A DNA stretch of 64,000 nucleotides from a virus (taxonomy: Duplodnaviria > Caudoviricetes): IMG/VR virus record IMGVR_UViG_3300027977_000033, positions 1,821 through 65,820 of that record. One strand, 5' to 3'. Position 1 is the stretch's first letter, and each line of letters opens with the position of its first letter. Below are positions 20,501 through 28,375 of the stretch, piece after piece. Below the pieces are notes generated by a model, which had not been told where the DNA came from, ran no database searches, and worked only from the letters and a program-made list of their open reading frames with translations. A program made the position numbers and the translations under genes.

Positions 20501-23243
20501 CAGCAAAGAAGACACGAGATCTGTTGAACAGCGATTGCTGGACATGGTACAACGAATCCAACTTGCCGAGACCGTCTTTAACGATGTAAAGGCTAAGTTG
20601 CAGGCGGAAATAATCGCAGATAATCGAGCTAAAGAACTAAAGGCTGAAACCCAACTGTCAACAAAAGAGAGGGCGGATCTAGAAGCAAGGGCCAATCGTT
20701 TGTTTAACCCGAACGCTATTAATAGCCTTGATAGTTTACTGCGTAAGACAATTGATTTTAAGGCGGAGGCTCGTAAACACATGAGCCAAAGGGGGGCGTC
20801 GGTCGAGTCTCTTACTGAAGTGATAAAGACTAAGTTTCCAGGTTTCACGCCGGCTCAAGCTGAATCTCTAGGAAAATTTTTAAGTTCTCGATACGCAAGA
20901 ATTCTTAAAGAAAGCGGAGAGAGACAGCTCTTGAATATTACCCGAAGGCTTGGGGAAAAGGCAACAGCTATGCCCAAGGGGAAAATGCAACAGCTTTTAG
21001 AACTTATAAATCTTGGGGCGTTTGACGAAGAAAAATTCTATAACGCTATTGCAGAACGCTATGATATCCCAGACTGGGACCCAGCAATAGCGGAAGAGAT
21101 TCGTCGACAAGCAGATGTTCTTCAAAACTTACCCTTGGGTTCCGATCAACAAGCCACGGCAACCTTTCAACTTCAAGCTTACATTGCACAAAAAGTAAAC
21201 AAACAAAAAAGGGGATGGGCTAGATTAGGTCGCAATCTTGATGTTGCCGCCTCTGTTTGGAAAGCTGGAGTTTTATCTGGGCCCCCCACTCAAATTGTTA
21301 ATTTAGGGGCCACTCACTTGAACGTATTGTTTGAACTTTTAGCTGAAGCGAATGCGTATAAAAAACTGGCGAAGACGAAAGGAAAAGATGCGAAGTTTGG
21401 TGATTTCTTTAAGACGGGTCTGATCGCTTACTGGGACACAGTAGGCCGAGTAGGGGTTGAGCAAGCTAGTGACGCTTTCTCTACCGGTTTGACCAGATTT
21501 CGAAACGAAAAACAGATTGAGCTTTCTCCTTTAGAAGTTTTTAAATTCGATACGGACAAAACTTGGACCTTCAATAATTATATTGCTGCTTGGAAGATTG
21601 TCGGGCGGGCTATGGCGGGAGCGGATACCTACAACTCGGTCATTGCGAATGAAGCCAAAGCCAGAATGGCGGCTAGATATGCTTTGCTGACAGAGGGTCT
21701 GACGGCCGAAGAAGCCACTAAAAGAACGCAAGAAATTTTTGATAGGAACAGTGCCACTTCAGTTGCCTTGCAAGAGCAAGTCAACCGAGAGGAAGCTGAC
21801 GAACAGTTTGGTTCTCTTGCTGGGCTAGATCCCAAAAGCTCTGCCTATCGGTCTACGAAAAGAAATATAGAGGCGGGCAAGCGTCGCAGATTTGAACAGT
21901 TGCGGGATGAAACAATCGCCAAGGAAAGTAAACTTGGAGAAACAGGAATGCAGGCAATTCGAGACTTCACACAGAAAGCAACTTTTAACAACCGACCAGA
22001 GGGGTTGATCGGATATATTGGCGGGGAAATTGTGGGAGCACTTGCGGGGAAAGTTCCGCTACTGACCCCATTTGCTGCGTTTCCTCGGACGATCGCGAAC
22101 ATTATTAATTCTGGACTCAACTATACTCCTTACGGATATGCTCGAGCTTACGGGTTCTCTATCGGAAACATGTTTGATATAATCCGTACGGGTAATTATG
22201 CTTTCAAGGCTCCCGAACAGGGAAGCGTTGAGTTCCATAAGCTACAGGCTCAAGCCTTTTGGGGTTCTATCGTAGCGTTTACTTTGATAGGTCTTGCACT
22301 CAGAGATATAGATGAAGATTGGGACGATGCTTTCTTCGCGGTAACTGGACGAGGCCCTGCAGACGCGGAACAAAGGGAACAACTCCGAGCATCTGGCTGG
22401 ACAGAGAACACCGTTAAGTTTGGCTCGTTGCGCTTTAAACATACAGATTTCCCAGGCCTTAATACTATCTTCGGAGCGATGGCTTTGGTGTCTGACATGT
22501 ATCGATATGGCAACCTGAAAGAAGAGGACCTTGCAACTATTGCCACAACGGCGGCAATGTCTATTGGAAACTCTATCTTTGACAAGCAATTATTGAGCGG
22601 GGCAAAAACTTTATTTGAAGCAGTATCTGACCGAGGCAATTCTTCGGATAAGGCAAAACGGCTCATTCAAAGCTACACCGGTGGGTTTTTGAATCCTGGG
22701 TTTGCGAGGTGGATGACGAAAACATTTAATATTGGAGCCGACGGTATGGTGGGGGTCGTCGACTATAAAGAGCTTAACTCTACGACAGCGGGGTGGTTGA
22801 TGGGGCTTACCCCAATGGCCGTTGTAGTCGGCAAACCAGAGCTCAATCGTCTGGGAGAACCCATTCGAGAATACCCCTACACAGCAACAATGAGACGGTT
22901 TGGATTTGTGCCAGAGGTAAAAGAACACCCGGTGTTCTCCCCATTAGTGAAAGCCGGCCTGTTCGTTCCTGGCGCTAGCATTGGGCTAAAGATAAAAGAT
23001 TTTGAAAAGGGCAAGGTTGTTCAGCGCAAGATGGACCGAGAAGAGTTTTACAACTACTCTAAATATAACGGAGAATACTTGCGACGCCGGTTAACCCCGC
23101 AGAAAGCTCAAGCCTTGGCCAGACTCGCCTCGCGTAGCCCAGAGGTAGCTCAAAAAGAATTGGAGAAACTCGCCGGGGACGCTAGGGAGTATGGTAAAAA
23201 TAGGATTGAGCAGGAAATCCGGATTAAACGCCGAAGAAAATAG
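14532..23243 (+). CDS. Giant internal virion / polyvalent protein (2903 aa) with zincin-like and sigma-70-like domains
   Basis: Size and synteny of podovirus large ejection proteins; LYIN...EEVIH...EEYL zincin-like segment; FDEDKGAKFPTY (sigma region 2) and LT..E.EVL...TRKEI...YGLT (region 4). Confidence 0.8.
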   Translation: MAVINEEDLQEYLEEQRALAEAPEEFEAPVAQVQEAPAQEFTNWDSYTSDPEYQTLDSSEKQELYDRWRQYATNYLASTGNLTTKDDLEFTKSYFSGIAEQEGLKGADYKPPNYAEQLIQQGQSGYRSLESGVAGYGALIGVADTESAANAIAERNRQEQDKYISPEFQEYGNKQLGFFGAVKEIVTNPFDLALPFLAQSMGSNLPALASSLGIAGVGGAVAGPAGAASAGLYSSAILGGATDALVTVDQLIKEEVQKRGLNPTDPQAVASVLADPEFKTYAIKYANARGLAIGATGLAAFGLGTILATPAREIAKAGVRGIAGEVGKQIGIQVVSEPVGEVAAQAGAQVATGQPIDIKGREVAEELVVGLPMSGVEAGVLTYKNLVENNAPATADEVLVNQVSDFRKQELERALARNEVDKFYGVLSIGEKAKTLGLAPNAVLTGEQSIFDTLTTEEKQAVQVAFEATKQRVQPPVLAREEVPAQAGEQPPVLKEPVAKVAAEVPPVLEPQVTAEEAEAEAAKAFEQALETTPPAPEVAVTPQEAVREAGAEAGVPAPAPETTAPISEAVQVPLEQVAPASAQAVAETPAPAPVPETPATQEKDLEEIISDAADSQRGKPESVMMDVTMKLKDETASSPSLIDLLEHVGDLSNRAQKRNAITNVEEKIRKVERYGQDGRDTLEKEIEQGYRDNAEYRVLKSIPELAALRDRVGEPEGPTSLFEVYERVRKEHGSKIEAEIKRSKEIAKQELKKYVEAHEKFNKPVTKLGKLGKDAAIALGNQDFNKLRSIVSEMRKWIDTYNKANEQKRDTMFNELAGKPTTAPVTQKLPPTKKQVTVLSKLGYLPADIEGLDRVQAKEIIGNQTPKTPTIEAPKEKVEAPAQAGTPAPAVPPAPVVGETPAASAQPPAGEVSLPVAPPASEPTTQTSLEERLGQADKKLTALLEKLGGVLGSDVKLDAASVAAFFGGVPDQATQARIESVLKLVNLGLSNVKARLKKAKAAGRNLEETFTNIDKLVFTNNYQGGGGIYADPRNPFEAGTLYINPDQLTRVLMSDLTLNPADFFASMLEEEVIHANHGKAMVRAFVQTFPPEKNKEVYASPAATLEAYIKFYDAQNAEIENSLTIDQIKNVVGKYAQSLGIDLAGKTKEQIVQEFNVGRPGRLAEEYLRALIQGRQLGSITEEQVRGYTTRPILRILGALRNWFRDLVGKGVQKRKTFVDRQHDAILSVLLSSSPTERLAAQGEINTAIPGRILASSIDPFAEELNRLNKNTNAKLEAEIQKEFGPRNKETGEGGLWRRTIIGRLKRSFPAVDPTEVESLVYASIPEAMGSFDEDKGAKFPTYLYGIAQKKILREKYKTLKRRTREVASFQAPGFYNIPLSLKSAQEADIEAEAEAPIESEDLTPEQRAEKLLARAPSLEKELDAQEKVSPVLEEKAVAAAYEPETGRTNLAEEGQELEELTLADGEAISSLDAVSAEKRTAYLEAQLGEAGKLLATAAKALGLTKIETEVLAYAADPDGSILTRKEITDKYGLTNDQFTNMRDDVLTRMREQLGRAGVTRTADVLASSIDPTRSQALARAKTTLPADVAAEIDTIIQDPFTDAGLTKLAKDFVKANSPNGDVMHAKRILDGRPNMKERERLAVLGVIGVTLRKRVSKVNEEIKKKGRSPERLALKNYLDTNLREVFIKSQQISSEFGQNLRSARTNNALYLPYHWEGLYTGPIGSQQEELLRTKQEVIKARAEIERLLDIISGDAVDGIYIKPPESPDDDAKIGVGDKPIKTPLPEGENFYELLSLFGDMSPTEGETFSDYLQRLGVNYDDVVSNLEGMKAASVSPAAVTKILPEGLKNLSAKEAIRKLVAIDKNFFGKLVALRIKSGGGTTEAQVAEGLDRKKLDVKDRPAELQTVFDFFGSTESTKPTSEAPIEKDILPPLVRLAKYAADTITDRVMRSLGADKAKMEKGSFEKLERQVRALVNAQFRQETNPIQASKEDTRSVEQRLLDMVQRIQLAETVFNDVKAKLQAEIIADNRAKELKAETQLSTKERADLEARANRLFNPNAINSLDSLLRKTIDFKAEARKHMSQRGASVESLTEVIKTKFPGFTPAQAESLGKFLSSRYARILKESGERQLLNITRRLGEKATAMPKGKMQQLLELINLGAFDEEKFYNAIAERYDIPDWDPAIAEEIRRQADVLQNLPLGSDQQATATFQLQAYIAQKVNKQKRGWARLGRNLDVAASVWKAGVLSGPPTQIVNLGATHLNVLFELLAEANAYKKLAKTKGKDAKFGDFFKTGLIAYWDTVGRVGVEQASDAFSTGLTRFRNEKQIELSPLEVFKFDTDKTWTFNNYIAAWKIVGRAMAGADTYNSVIANEAKARMAARYALLTEGLTAEEATKRTQEIFDRNSATSVALQEQVNREEADEQFGSLAGLDPKSSAYRSTKRNIEAGKRRRFEQLRDETIAKESKLGETGMQAIRDFTQKATFNNRPEGLIGYIGGEIVGALAGKVPLLTPFAAFPRTIANIINSGLNYTPYGYARAYGFSIGNMFDIIRTGNYAFKAPEQGSVEFHKLQAQAFWGSIVAFTLIGLALRDIDEDWDDAFFAVTGRGPADAEQREQLRASGWTENTVKFGSLRFKHTDFPGLNTIFGAMALVSDMYRYGNLKEEDLATIATTAAMSIGNSIFDKQLLSGAKTLFEAVSDRGNSSDKAKRLIQSYTGGFLNPGFARWMTKTFNIGADGMVGVVDYKELNSTTAGWLMGLTPMAVVVGKPELNRLGEPIREYPYTATMRRFGFVPEVKEHPVFSPLVKAGLFVPGASIGLKIKDFEKGKVVQRKMDREEFYNYSKYNGEYLRRRLTPQKAQALARLASRSPEVAQKELEKLAGDAREYGKNRIEQEIRIKRRRK

Positions 23244-23445
23244 TCCAAATTGAACGAGGCAATATACAAAAGAGTAGGGCAGTCCCCCAATAATAAGCAC
23301 AGGCAACCCCAATGAAACAGCAGAAGCACAACCAAAACTCCGGGCAACAAAGCTCCTTAAGTGCTTCCGGTAAGCCCCGAGCGGCGTTCGCCAAGGCGTC
23401 TGTCGGAAACACCACATCAGTTGGTTCTTTTCGTTTTCTTTTCAT
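23224..23445 (-). CDS. Small Cys-rich membrane protein on the antisense strand
   Basis: Strong RBS (AAGAAAGGAA) before ATG; hydrophobic C-terminal half; fills an otherwise empty gap. Confidence 0.5.
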   Translation of the reverse strand: MKRKRKEPTDVVFPTDALANAARGLPEALKELCCPEFWLCFCCFIGVACAYYWGTALLFCILPRSIWTIFFGV

Positions 23446-23474
23446 ACTAGTTCCTTTCTTGGTTAGGGGTTTGG

Positions 23475-23496
23475 GACTGGACTGTCCAGTCTTTTT
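23475..23496 (+). terminator. Probable intrinsic terminator (or operator palindrome)
   Basis: GACTGGAC-T-GTCCAGTC followed by TTTTT. Confidence 0.5.
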
Positions 23497-23513
23497 ATAG
23501 GAGATAAGAGAGT

Positions 23514-23660
23514 ATGCCTTTAGGTCGAAAAACTAAACCCAAAGACGCTTGTTATAACAAGGTCAAAGCTCGGTATAAGGTATGGCCTTCGGCCTATGCC
23601 AGCGGGGCATTGGTTAAATGTCGTAAGGTTGGGGCCAAGAACTGGGGAAATTCTAAATGA
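23514..23660 (+). CDS. Small basic protein, DUF5872-like (PSAYASG motif), absent from the ORF track
   Basis: MPLGRKTKPKDACYNKVKARYKVWPSAYASGALVKCRKVGAKNWGNSK; AGGAG RBS. Confidence 0.75.
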   Translation: MPLGRKTKPKDACYNKVKARYKVWPSAYASGALVKCRKVGAKNWGNSK

Positions 23661-23809
23661 AATGGTGGTGGTCGATCCTCATCCCGGCGATTGCTTTGGG
23701 TATGAGCGGGTGTTGGGAGTTTGAGGAAGAGGGTTGGTCAGATTGGAATTCGACTGAGCCAACACTACAGCATGCGCAAGATGCGATGAGGGATGACCAT
23801 GGGATTTGA
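23657..23809 (+). CDS. Small lipoprotein (50 aa), absent from the ORF track
   Basis: ATGA overlap; MKWWWSILIPAIALGMSGC lipobox followed by an acidic tail. Confidence 0.55.
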   Translation: MKWWWSILIPAIALGMSGCWEFEEEGWSDWNSTEPTLQHAQDAMRDDHGI

Positions 23810-24026
23810 GCTAGAGAAGAAATATGGATTACACGGCTGGTTCAAAAGAAACAAGGGCAGGGGGTGGGTTAACTGCAAGACCGGAGGACCTTGTGGTCGT
23901 TCCGATTCTAGCAAGGGGAGCTACCCAGCTTGCCGTCCCACAAAGTCGATGTGTACATCGGCTTCTAAAAAGAAGACGGGACCGGAGAGGATAAGTTGGA
24001 AGGGATTAGGGAGAGGAAAAAAATAA
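23793..24026 (+). CDS. Small basic Cys-containing protein, DUF5872-like (L..WF...WV...PCGR...YPACRP)
   Basis: Motif typical of small basic phage/giant-virus proteins. Confidence 0.7.
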   Translation: MTMGFELEKKYGLHGWFKRNKGRGWVNCKTGGPCGRSDSSKGSYPACRPTKSMCTSASKKKTGPERISWKGLGRGKK

Positions 24027-24027
24027 T

Positions 24028-24963
24028 ATGGCTGATACATTTACAGACGCAATCGAAGCGGGGGCATCAAATCGTCCCAGTTTCTCGCAAGAGGGTTTAG
24101 ATTTGGTCAGGACTTTCGAGGGGTTCAGACCGGAAGCTTACTATGATCTCGACAACAAAAAGAAAAAGGGAAAGCTAACGGTGGGTTATGGGTTTACCGA
24201 CTTCGATATCCCCGACTTAAAGCCAGGATACAAAATAGATAAAGCAAGGGCGGAGCAGATGCTTCCGGATTTGATTGAGAACAAATACGGTTCGGCGGTT
24301 TTGGAAAAGGTAAAAGCGCCTTTGAATAGCCAGCAGTACAGCGCCTTAGCTAGCTTTGTGTATAACGTTGGGCCTACTGCTTTCGATAATAGCACCATGC
24401 TAAAAAAATTAAACGCGGGTGACTTTTCCGGAGCTGCTTCCGAATTCAAGAAGTGGAACAAAGCTGGGGGAAAAACTCTTGAGGGTCTAACTAAACGGAG
24501 GAGAGCGGAAGAGGCATTGTTTAGGGGAGACACGGACTCCCTCGGATCTATACTAGAGTCTCAGAGATTCGGTTTACCGGAGACGGGGGCATCCAGAACG
24601 GAGATGTCTGAAGCTGTGACTCCCATGCCAGACGCACCCAGCGAATCTCCAGAAGAGGTTGGGGCTGGGGTTGCTAGAAGGATAGCCGCGGAAATGGAAA
24701 TGACTCCAGAAGAACGAGGCGTCAACGCGGCTAAGAGAGTTGCGGAGAGCATAGAAAACGCAGCTTCGAAACCAGTCGAAAGCTCGACGGGGGGTAAGTT
24801 CAATTTAGAATCTTTCACTAAACTTCTGAGTGGGCCCCAGAAGAAAGGTGACGAAGAGGAGGAAGAGTCTATTCCTTTTGCGGATAGTGTGAGCTTCAGC
24901 GGGAATCTACCGAGAGTTCCTTCCGGACTTCCGAGGAACTCGGGTCTCGGGAGAATGGGCTAA
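24028..24963 (+). CDS. GH24 lysozyme with a long acidic C-terminal tail, probably virion-associated
   Basis: FEG...AY.D...TVGYG, AL.SF.YNVG, W.KAGG..L.GL..RR..E motifs. Confidence 0.88.
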   Translation: MADTFTDAIEAGASNRPSFSQEGLDLVRTFEGFRPEAYYDLDNKKKKGKLTVGYGFTDFDIPDLKPGYKIDKARAEQMLPDLIENKYGSAVLEKVKAPLNSQQYSALASFVYNVGPTAFDNSTMLKKLNAGDFSGAASEFKKWNKAGGKTLEGLTKRRRAEEALFRGDTDSLGSILESQRFGLPETGASRTEMSEAVTPMPDAPSESPEEVGAGVARRIAAEMEMTPEERGVNAAKRVAESIENAASKPVESSTGGKFNLESFTKLLSGPQKKGDEEEEESIPFADSVSFSGNLPRVPSGLPRNSGLGRMG

Positions 24964-25265
24964 TGCCGATCGGGAGACCAAGCAAAGACAGCATGGCGTG
25001 CAACCGGCCACGGCCTTCGTGGATCGCAGGCAAGAAGCGTGTGGTTAAGGCTTGCGAGGGTGGTCGGGAGAAGATCGTACACTTTGGGGCTAAAGGCTAC
25101 GGCCATAACTATTCACCAGCCGCGAGGAAATCGTTCAGGGCTAGGCACAACTGCGCTAACCCGGGGACCAAGTTAAGTGCTAGATACTGGGCCTGTAAGA
25201 ACCTCTGGGCAGGGCCTGGGGGCTCCAAGCTGGCTAGCCCCTCAAGCCGTAAGGGCAAATACTAG
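24963..25265 (+). CDS. Small basic protein, DUF6321-like
   Basis: KIVHFG.KG......RKSFRARHNC......ARYWAC motif. Confidence 0.7.
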   Translation: MPIGRPSKDSMACNRPRPSWIAGKKRVVKACEGGREKIVHFGAKGYGHNYSPAARKSFRARHNCANPGTKLSARYWACKNLWAGPGGSKLASPSSRKGKY

Positions 25266-25266
25266 A

Positions 25267-25295
25267 TTGCCAAAGCAGGGTTAAACCTGTAGATA
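25267..25295 (+). promoter_or_regulatory. Promoter for a leaderless transcript
   Basis: TTGCCA-N17-TAGATA, 7 nt before ATG 25303. Confidence 0.55.
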
Positions 25296-25302
25296 CAAAT
25301 TT

Positions 25303-25515
25303 ATGTACGGAATGAAGTCAAGCAAGAAGCTCCCCCCAATGAAACCGGTAAGTGGTTCTGGACTGGGCAGACAGAGATACTCGACACCACTTCAAAAGAG
25401 ACCGAAGACTATGGGTGCTGAACCGATAAGGCCAGCAGCGTTGAAAATGAAAACAAGCAAAGCGTCGAGTAAGATATTTATGCCGAGGCAAGAAACAAAG
25501 AGTATTGGTTCTTGA
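25303..25515 (+). CDS. Small basic Lys/Met-rich protein
   Basis: ORF directly downstream of a promoter, in the small basic protein cluster. Confidence 0.5.
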   Translation: MYGMKSSKKLPPMKPVSGSGLGRQRYSTPLQKRPKTMGAEPIRPAALKMKTSKASSKIFMPRQETKSIGS

Positions 25516-25524
25516 GGAATACCT

Positions 25525-25680
25525 ATGCCCCTTGGCCGTAACGTTTCCAAAAACATTAGCGAGTTGTACGCCGATAATAAAAAGTCTGGCAAAGAGAAGG
25601 GCGATATGGGGAAGCCAAGGAGTCGCGCACAAATTGTAGCAATTGCTCTTAGGGCTGCCGGCAAATCGAAAAAGAAATGA
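25525..25680 (+). CDS. Small basic protein (RSRAQIVAIAL..AG motif, DUF6496-like), absent from the ORF track
   Basis: GAGG RBS; MPLGRNVSKNISELY...QIVAIALRAAGKSKKK. Confidence 0.65.
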   Translation: MPLGRNVSKNISELYADNKKSGKEKGDMGKPRSRAQIVAIALRAAGKSKKK

Positions 25681-26051
25681 GCGAACAGTATTACTTGCGG
25701 GACACGACTATCCACCCAGCTTCTGGGTTCGTCTACAAGGACGAAGACACCAAGCAAGTGATCACTGCTGGTAGTTTCGCTGATCTAATTGCCGCTGTTG
25801 TTCAGCACCGTAGGAATAACCATCTCGAAGTGGATGCGAAGATCGTTGACGCAATCCACGCTTATATTTGTGCGATGAATAACAACGGGCCGTGTGCCAA
25901 AGGAACCCGTGGCCTTGGGGATCTGGTTCATACCGTAGCTCAGCCGATTGCGTGGGTAATTGATAAAGCTTTCGGGACGAATGTTCAAGGTTGTTGGTCT
26001 TGCGGTGGTCGTCGTGATGCTTTGAATAAAGCAGTTCCATTCAATAAATAA
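25677..26051 (+). CDS. Hypothetical protein with GLGD.V...CxxC..R...LN motif
   Basis: ATGA overlap; recognisable phage motif, possibly Zn binding. Confidence 0.6.
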   Translation: MSEQYYLRDTTIHPASGFVYKDEDTKQVITAGSFADLIAAVVQHRRNNHLEVDAKIVDAIHAYICAMNNNGPCAKGTRGLGDLVHTVAQPIAWVIDKAFGTNVQGCWSCGGRRDALNKAVPFNK

Positions 26052-26087
26052 TTTGATAGTTGGCCACTAGCCAACTACGTTTTCTAT

Positions 26088-26375
26088 ATGAATATTGAGG
26101 GCGTGAAAAAACCCGTGAAGTATTCCCTTTGGTTTAAGAGGGAGGCCACCAAGGTATCCAAGCTACGCAAGGATATTGACGGGCTGAGAGTCGAACATCA
26201 AGCTGTGCTCCAAGACATCGAGGATGGAGAGGAGTACGCCAAGGATTTAGAAGAATCGATCTGTGAGTTAGACAAACAACTCGTCGCATCGAGGCGGGAG
26301 CTGGCTCGCAGGTTCGCAACCTACGACGCCAACTTCCGCCACGATGCCATGTTAGACCCTAGCCTTTTGGACTAG
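26088..26375 (+). CDS. Hypothetical coiled-coil protein
   Basis: Preceded by TTGATA-N17-TACGTT promoter (26053-26081); last + strand gene before the strand switch. Confidence 0.55.
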   Translation: MNIEGVKKPVKYSLWFKREATKVSKLRKDIDGLRVEHQAVLQDIEDGEEYAKDLEESICELDKQLVASRRELARRFATYDANFRHDAMLDPSLLD

Positions 26376-26559
26376 GATATCTGAATACTTGCTTCTTGCC
26401 GGGCTTGGCAGTTGCTTTCTTCTTACCCCAATCAATAGACTGATAGTTCTTATAGAACCGATCAGACATGTTGCGAGGCGAGTCGCCTTTACCATTTTGC
26501 ATATCTTCAAATGTAACATCGCCTCGTTGCCGAAGCGAGTCATAACTAATATCACTCAT
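26359..26559 (-). CDS. Small hypothetical protein (GKGD.PR...NY..IDW motif)
   Basis: Common small phage protein motif. Confidence 0.55.
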   Translation of the reverse strand: MSDISYDSLRQRGDVTFEDMQNGKGDSPRNMSDRFYKNYQSIDWGKKKATAKPGKKQVFRYPSPKG

Positions 26560-27005
26560 GGGTTGAATAGATCTTTCTCGATAAGGGCCTTAAGTTTTTC
26601 TGACTGGGAGTCGTAGATCTTGGGTCCCTCGGTTGAGAACCGACTGTTCATGCTTCCGATACAAGCCTCACATCTGTCTTCGTAAGGTACCTGTATGTAG
26701 ATAGTCTCATTGAACAATGAGTTGGTGGAACCCTCAAACGTGGATAGTTGACCTAGGATTTCTCCAGAGGTAGACACCACGACTGGCCCGTCGAGTTGCC
26801 AATCGGCATTCTCTCTGACAGAACTCAGCAGAGAGTCCGTTGAGAAGTCTCCCGTCAGCGTACCTGACTCATTACTAACCGAATCAATCAGGGTAGGATT
26901 GTTGTTAAGTATCCCGAGGTAACCCTCTTCATCTTGAGCCATAACGCACGGCGTTATAGCCAACGCAATACCCATCACGATTAATCTGCTTCCTGTATTG
27001 TCCAT
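26556..27005 (-). CDS. Exported acidic protein
   Basis: N-terminal signal peptide (IALAITPCVMA|Q); two YLG.L..N....S..N-like repeats. Confidence 0.55.
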   Translation of the reverse strand: MDNTGSRLIVMGIALAITPCVMAQDEEGYLGILNNNPTLIDSVSNESGTLTGDFSTDSLLSSVRENADWQLDGPVVVSTSGEILGQLSTFEGSTNSLFNETIYIQVPYEDRCEACIGSMNSRFSTEGPKIYDSQSEKLKALIEKDLFNP

Positions 27006-27286
27006 TCAGTCTCCTCTCCTATATCACTCTCAAACTCCTCGAATTTATTATAAGCGTATTCGAGTAGGTTGAGGGCTTGATTAAACTTAACATCGGGGCG
27101 TTCGTCTTCGAACAGAATTCCCCCAGCCGAATCAACTATCGAAGGAATGAGACAGAGTTCTTTCTCCATGTCTTGAATGACTGGGATGATGACCTCTTGG
27201 TTGAACTTCTCCTCCCTTTCGATTGCTTGTTTCTTCACCGCCTTGACACACATCAAGGCGAAAGCGAGAGCATCAGCAGTTGTCAC
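26981..27286 (-). CDS. Hypothetical protein
   Basis: GGAGG RBS, overlapping operon arrangement. Confidence 0.5.
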   Translation of the reverse strand: MTTADALAFALMCVKAVKKQAIEREEKFNQEVIIPVIQDMEKELCLIPSIVDSAGGILFEDERPDVKFNQALNLLEYAYNKFEEFESDIGEETEWTIQEAD

Positions 27287-27474
27287 GCCTTGGCCTCCCG
27301 CATGATTGCCTCGTGAACCTCGGTTGCCAACGGAGCCTGCATGGCTTCCATCAACGAGGTCGGAGCATCATACTCCATGTCGACCACCATATTGCCTCGA
27401 ACCGTTCCGGTATAGGGAACGATGTACGAGTCGTCGGCGTAGACAAACAGTAACTCACCTTTGATTTCTTTCAT
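27283..27474 (-). CDS. Hypothetical protein
   Basis: RBS and operon packing. Confidence 0.45.
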   Translation of the reverse strand: MKEIKGELLFVYADDSYIVPYTGTVRGNMVVDMEYDAPTSLMEAMQAPLATEVHEAIMREAKA

Positions 27475-27630
27475 TACCTTTTCTTCCTTTCTGGTTTAGT
27501 TCCGAGAGTAACCGGTCCGCTTGGATCACGGCATATCTCTCATCAGCACGAGACTCGGACGGAGCCGCATGCATCGCCGCAAATATAAGGGTGGCGACTA
27601 AGTCCCTCTTCGACATTTCTTCTTCCATTA

Positions 27631-27873
27631 TTATTCCCCTACCAAAGTTCCCCGAGGACCGAGCTCAACCCACATGGGGAACAACTCGCGTTGCTCGCCG
27701 GCGGGCCAAGGATGGGGAACGACAACAGCGTTGTGTTTGCTGGCGTCGGCTTGGGCTTGATCAAACTCCGTGTATCCACGAATGGTATCTGACTTCAAGC
27801 CATCGACTAAACCGACCCAAGTATCTTCGATGCTTAAGTAGTTCTTGTCTTCTGTCTTAACTGCGTATGTCAT
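27631..27873 (-). CDS. Hypothetical protein
   Basis: GGGAG RBS, operon packing. Confidence 0.45.
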   Translation of the reverse strand: MTYAVKTEDKNYLSIEDTWVGLVDGLKSDTIRGYTEFDQAQADASKHNAVVVPHPWPAGEQRELFPMWVELGPRGTLVGE

Positions 27874-27886
27874 AGGCTAACTCCCT

Positions 27887-28072
27887 TCAGATTGTTTTAA
27901 GTATCTGTTGTACGTTTTCGATATGATCAATTGCTTGATCAAAGGTATGGCAAGGGCAAAGGCCCTCGGCATTCTCATCGTCACAGGGATTGGCATCGCT
28001 ATCGCGCAAGTCCCGCAACTCGTCGGCCATAGCTTCTAGCTTGGCGATGAATGCTTTGATTGGTTTCTTCAT
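27887..28072 (-). CDS. Hypothetical protein
   Basis: AAAGGAAA RBS. Confidence 0.45.
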   Translation of the reverse strand: MKKPIKAFIAKLEAMADELRDLRDSDANPCDDENAEGLCPCHTFDQAIDHIENVQQILKTI

Positions 28073-28089
28073 TTAGTTTCCTTTCTTAT

Positions 28090-28365
28090 TTATAATACCG
28101 ACAGGTATTTCTTGAGAACCTTGAAGTCTGTCTCAGGAATTTCGTTCTCTTCTTCAGCTTGAATGGTGTTACCGTCTGACCAATAACCCATTACGCTTTC
28201 GTCTCTTACGTCGTTTACGCTTCCGCCCCTCCAAGTTCTTGCGACTAAATCATTGTATTCAATGGGACACTTAGCCGTTTTGAACAGGTACTTGGTGTCG
28301 TATTCCAAGCTCCCATTGGTTTCTCTGATTGTGGCGATGTAGTATTTTGCTTTTGGTTTCTTCAT
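28090..28365 (-). CDS. Hypothetical protein (start probably MKKPKAKYY)
   Basis: GAGGAGG RBS before ATG near 28365. Confidence 0.5.
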   Translation of the reverse strand: MKKPKAKYYIATIRETNGSLEYDTKYLFKTAKCPIEYNDLVARTWRGGSVNDVRDESVMGYWSDGNTIQAEEENEIPETDFKVLKKYLSVL

Positions 28366-28375
28366 TTTTGCCTCC

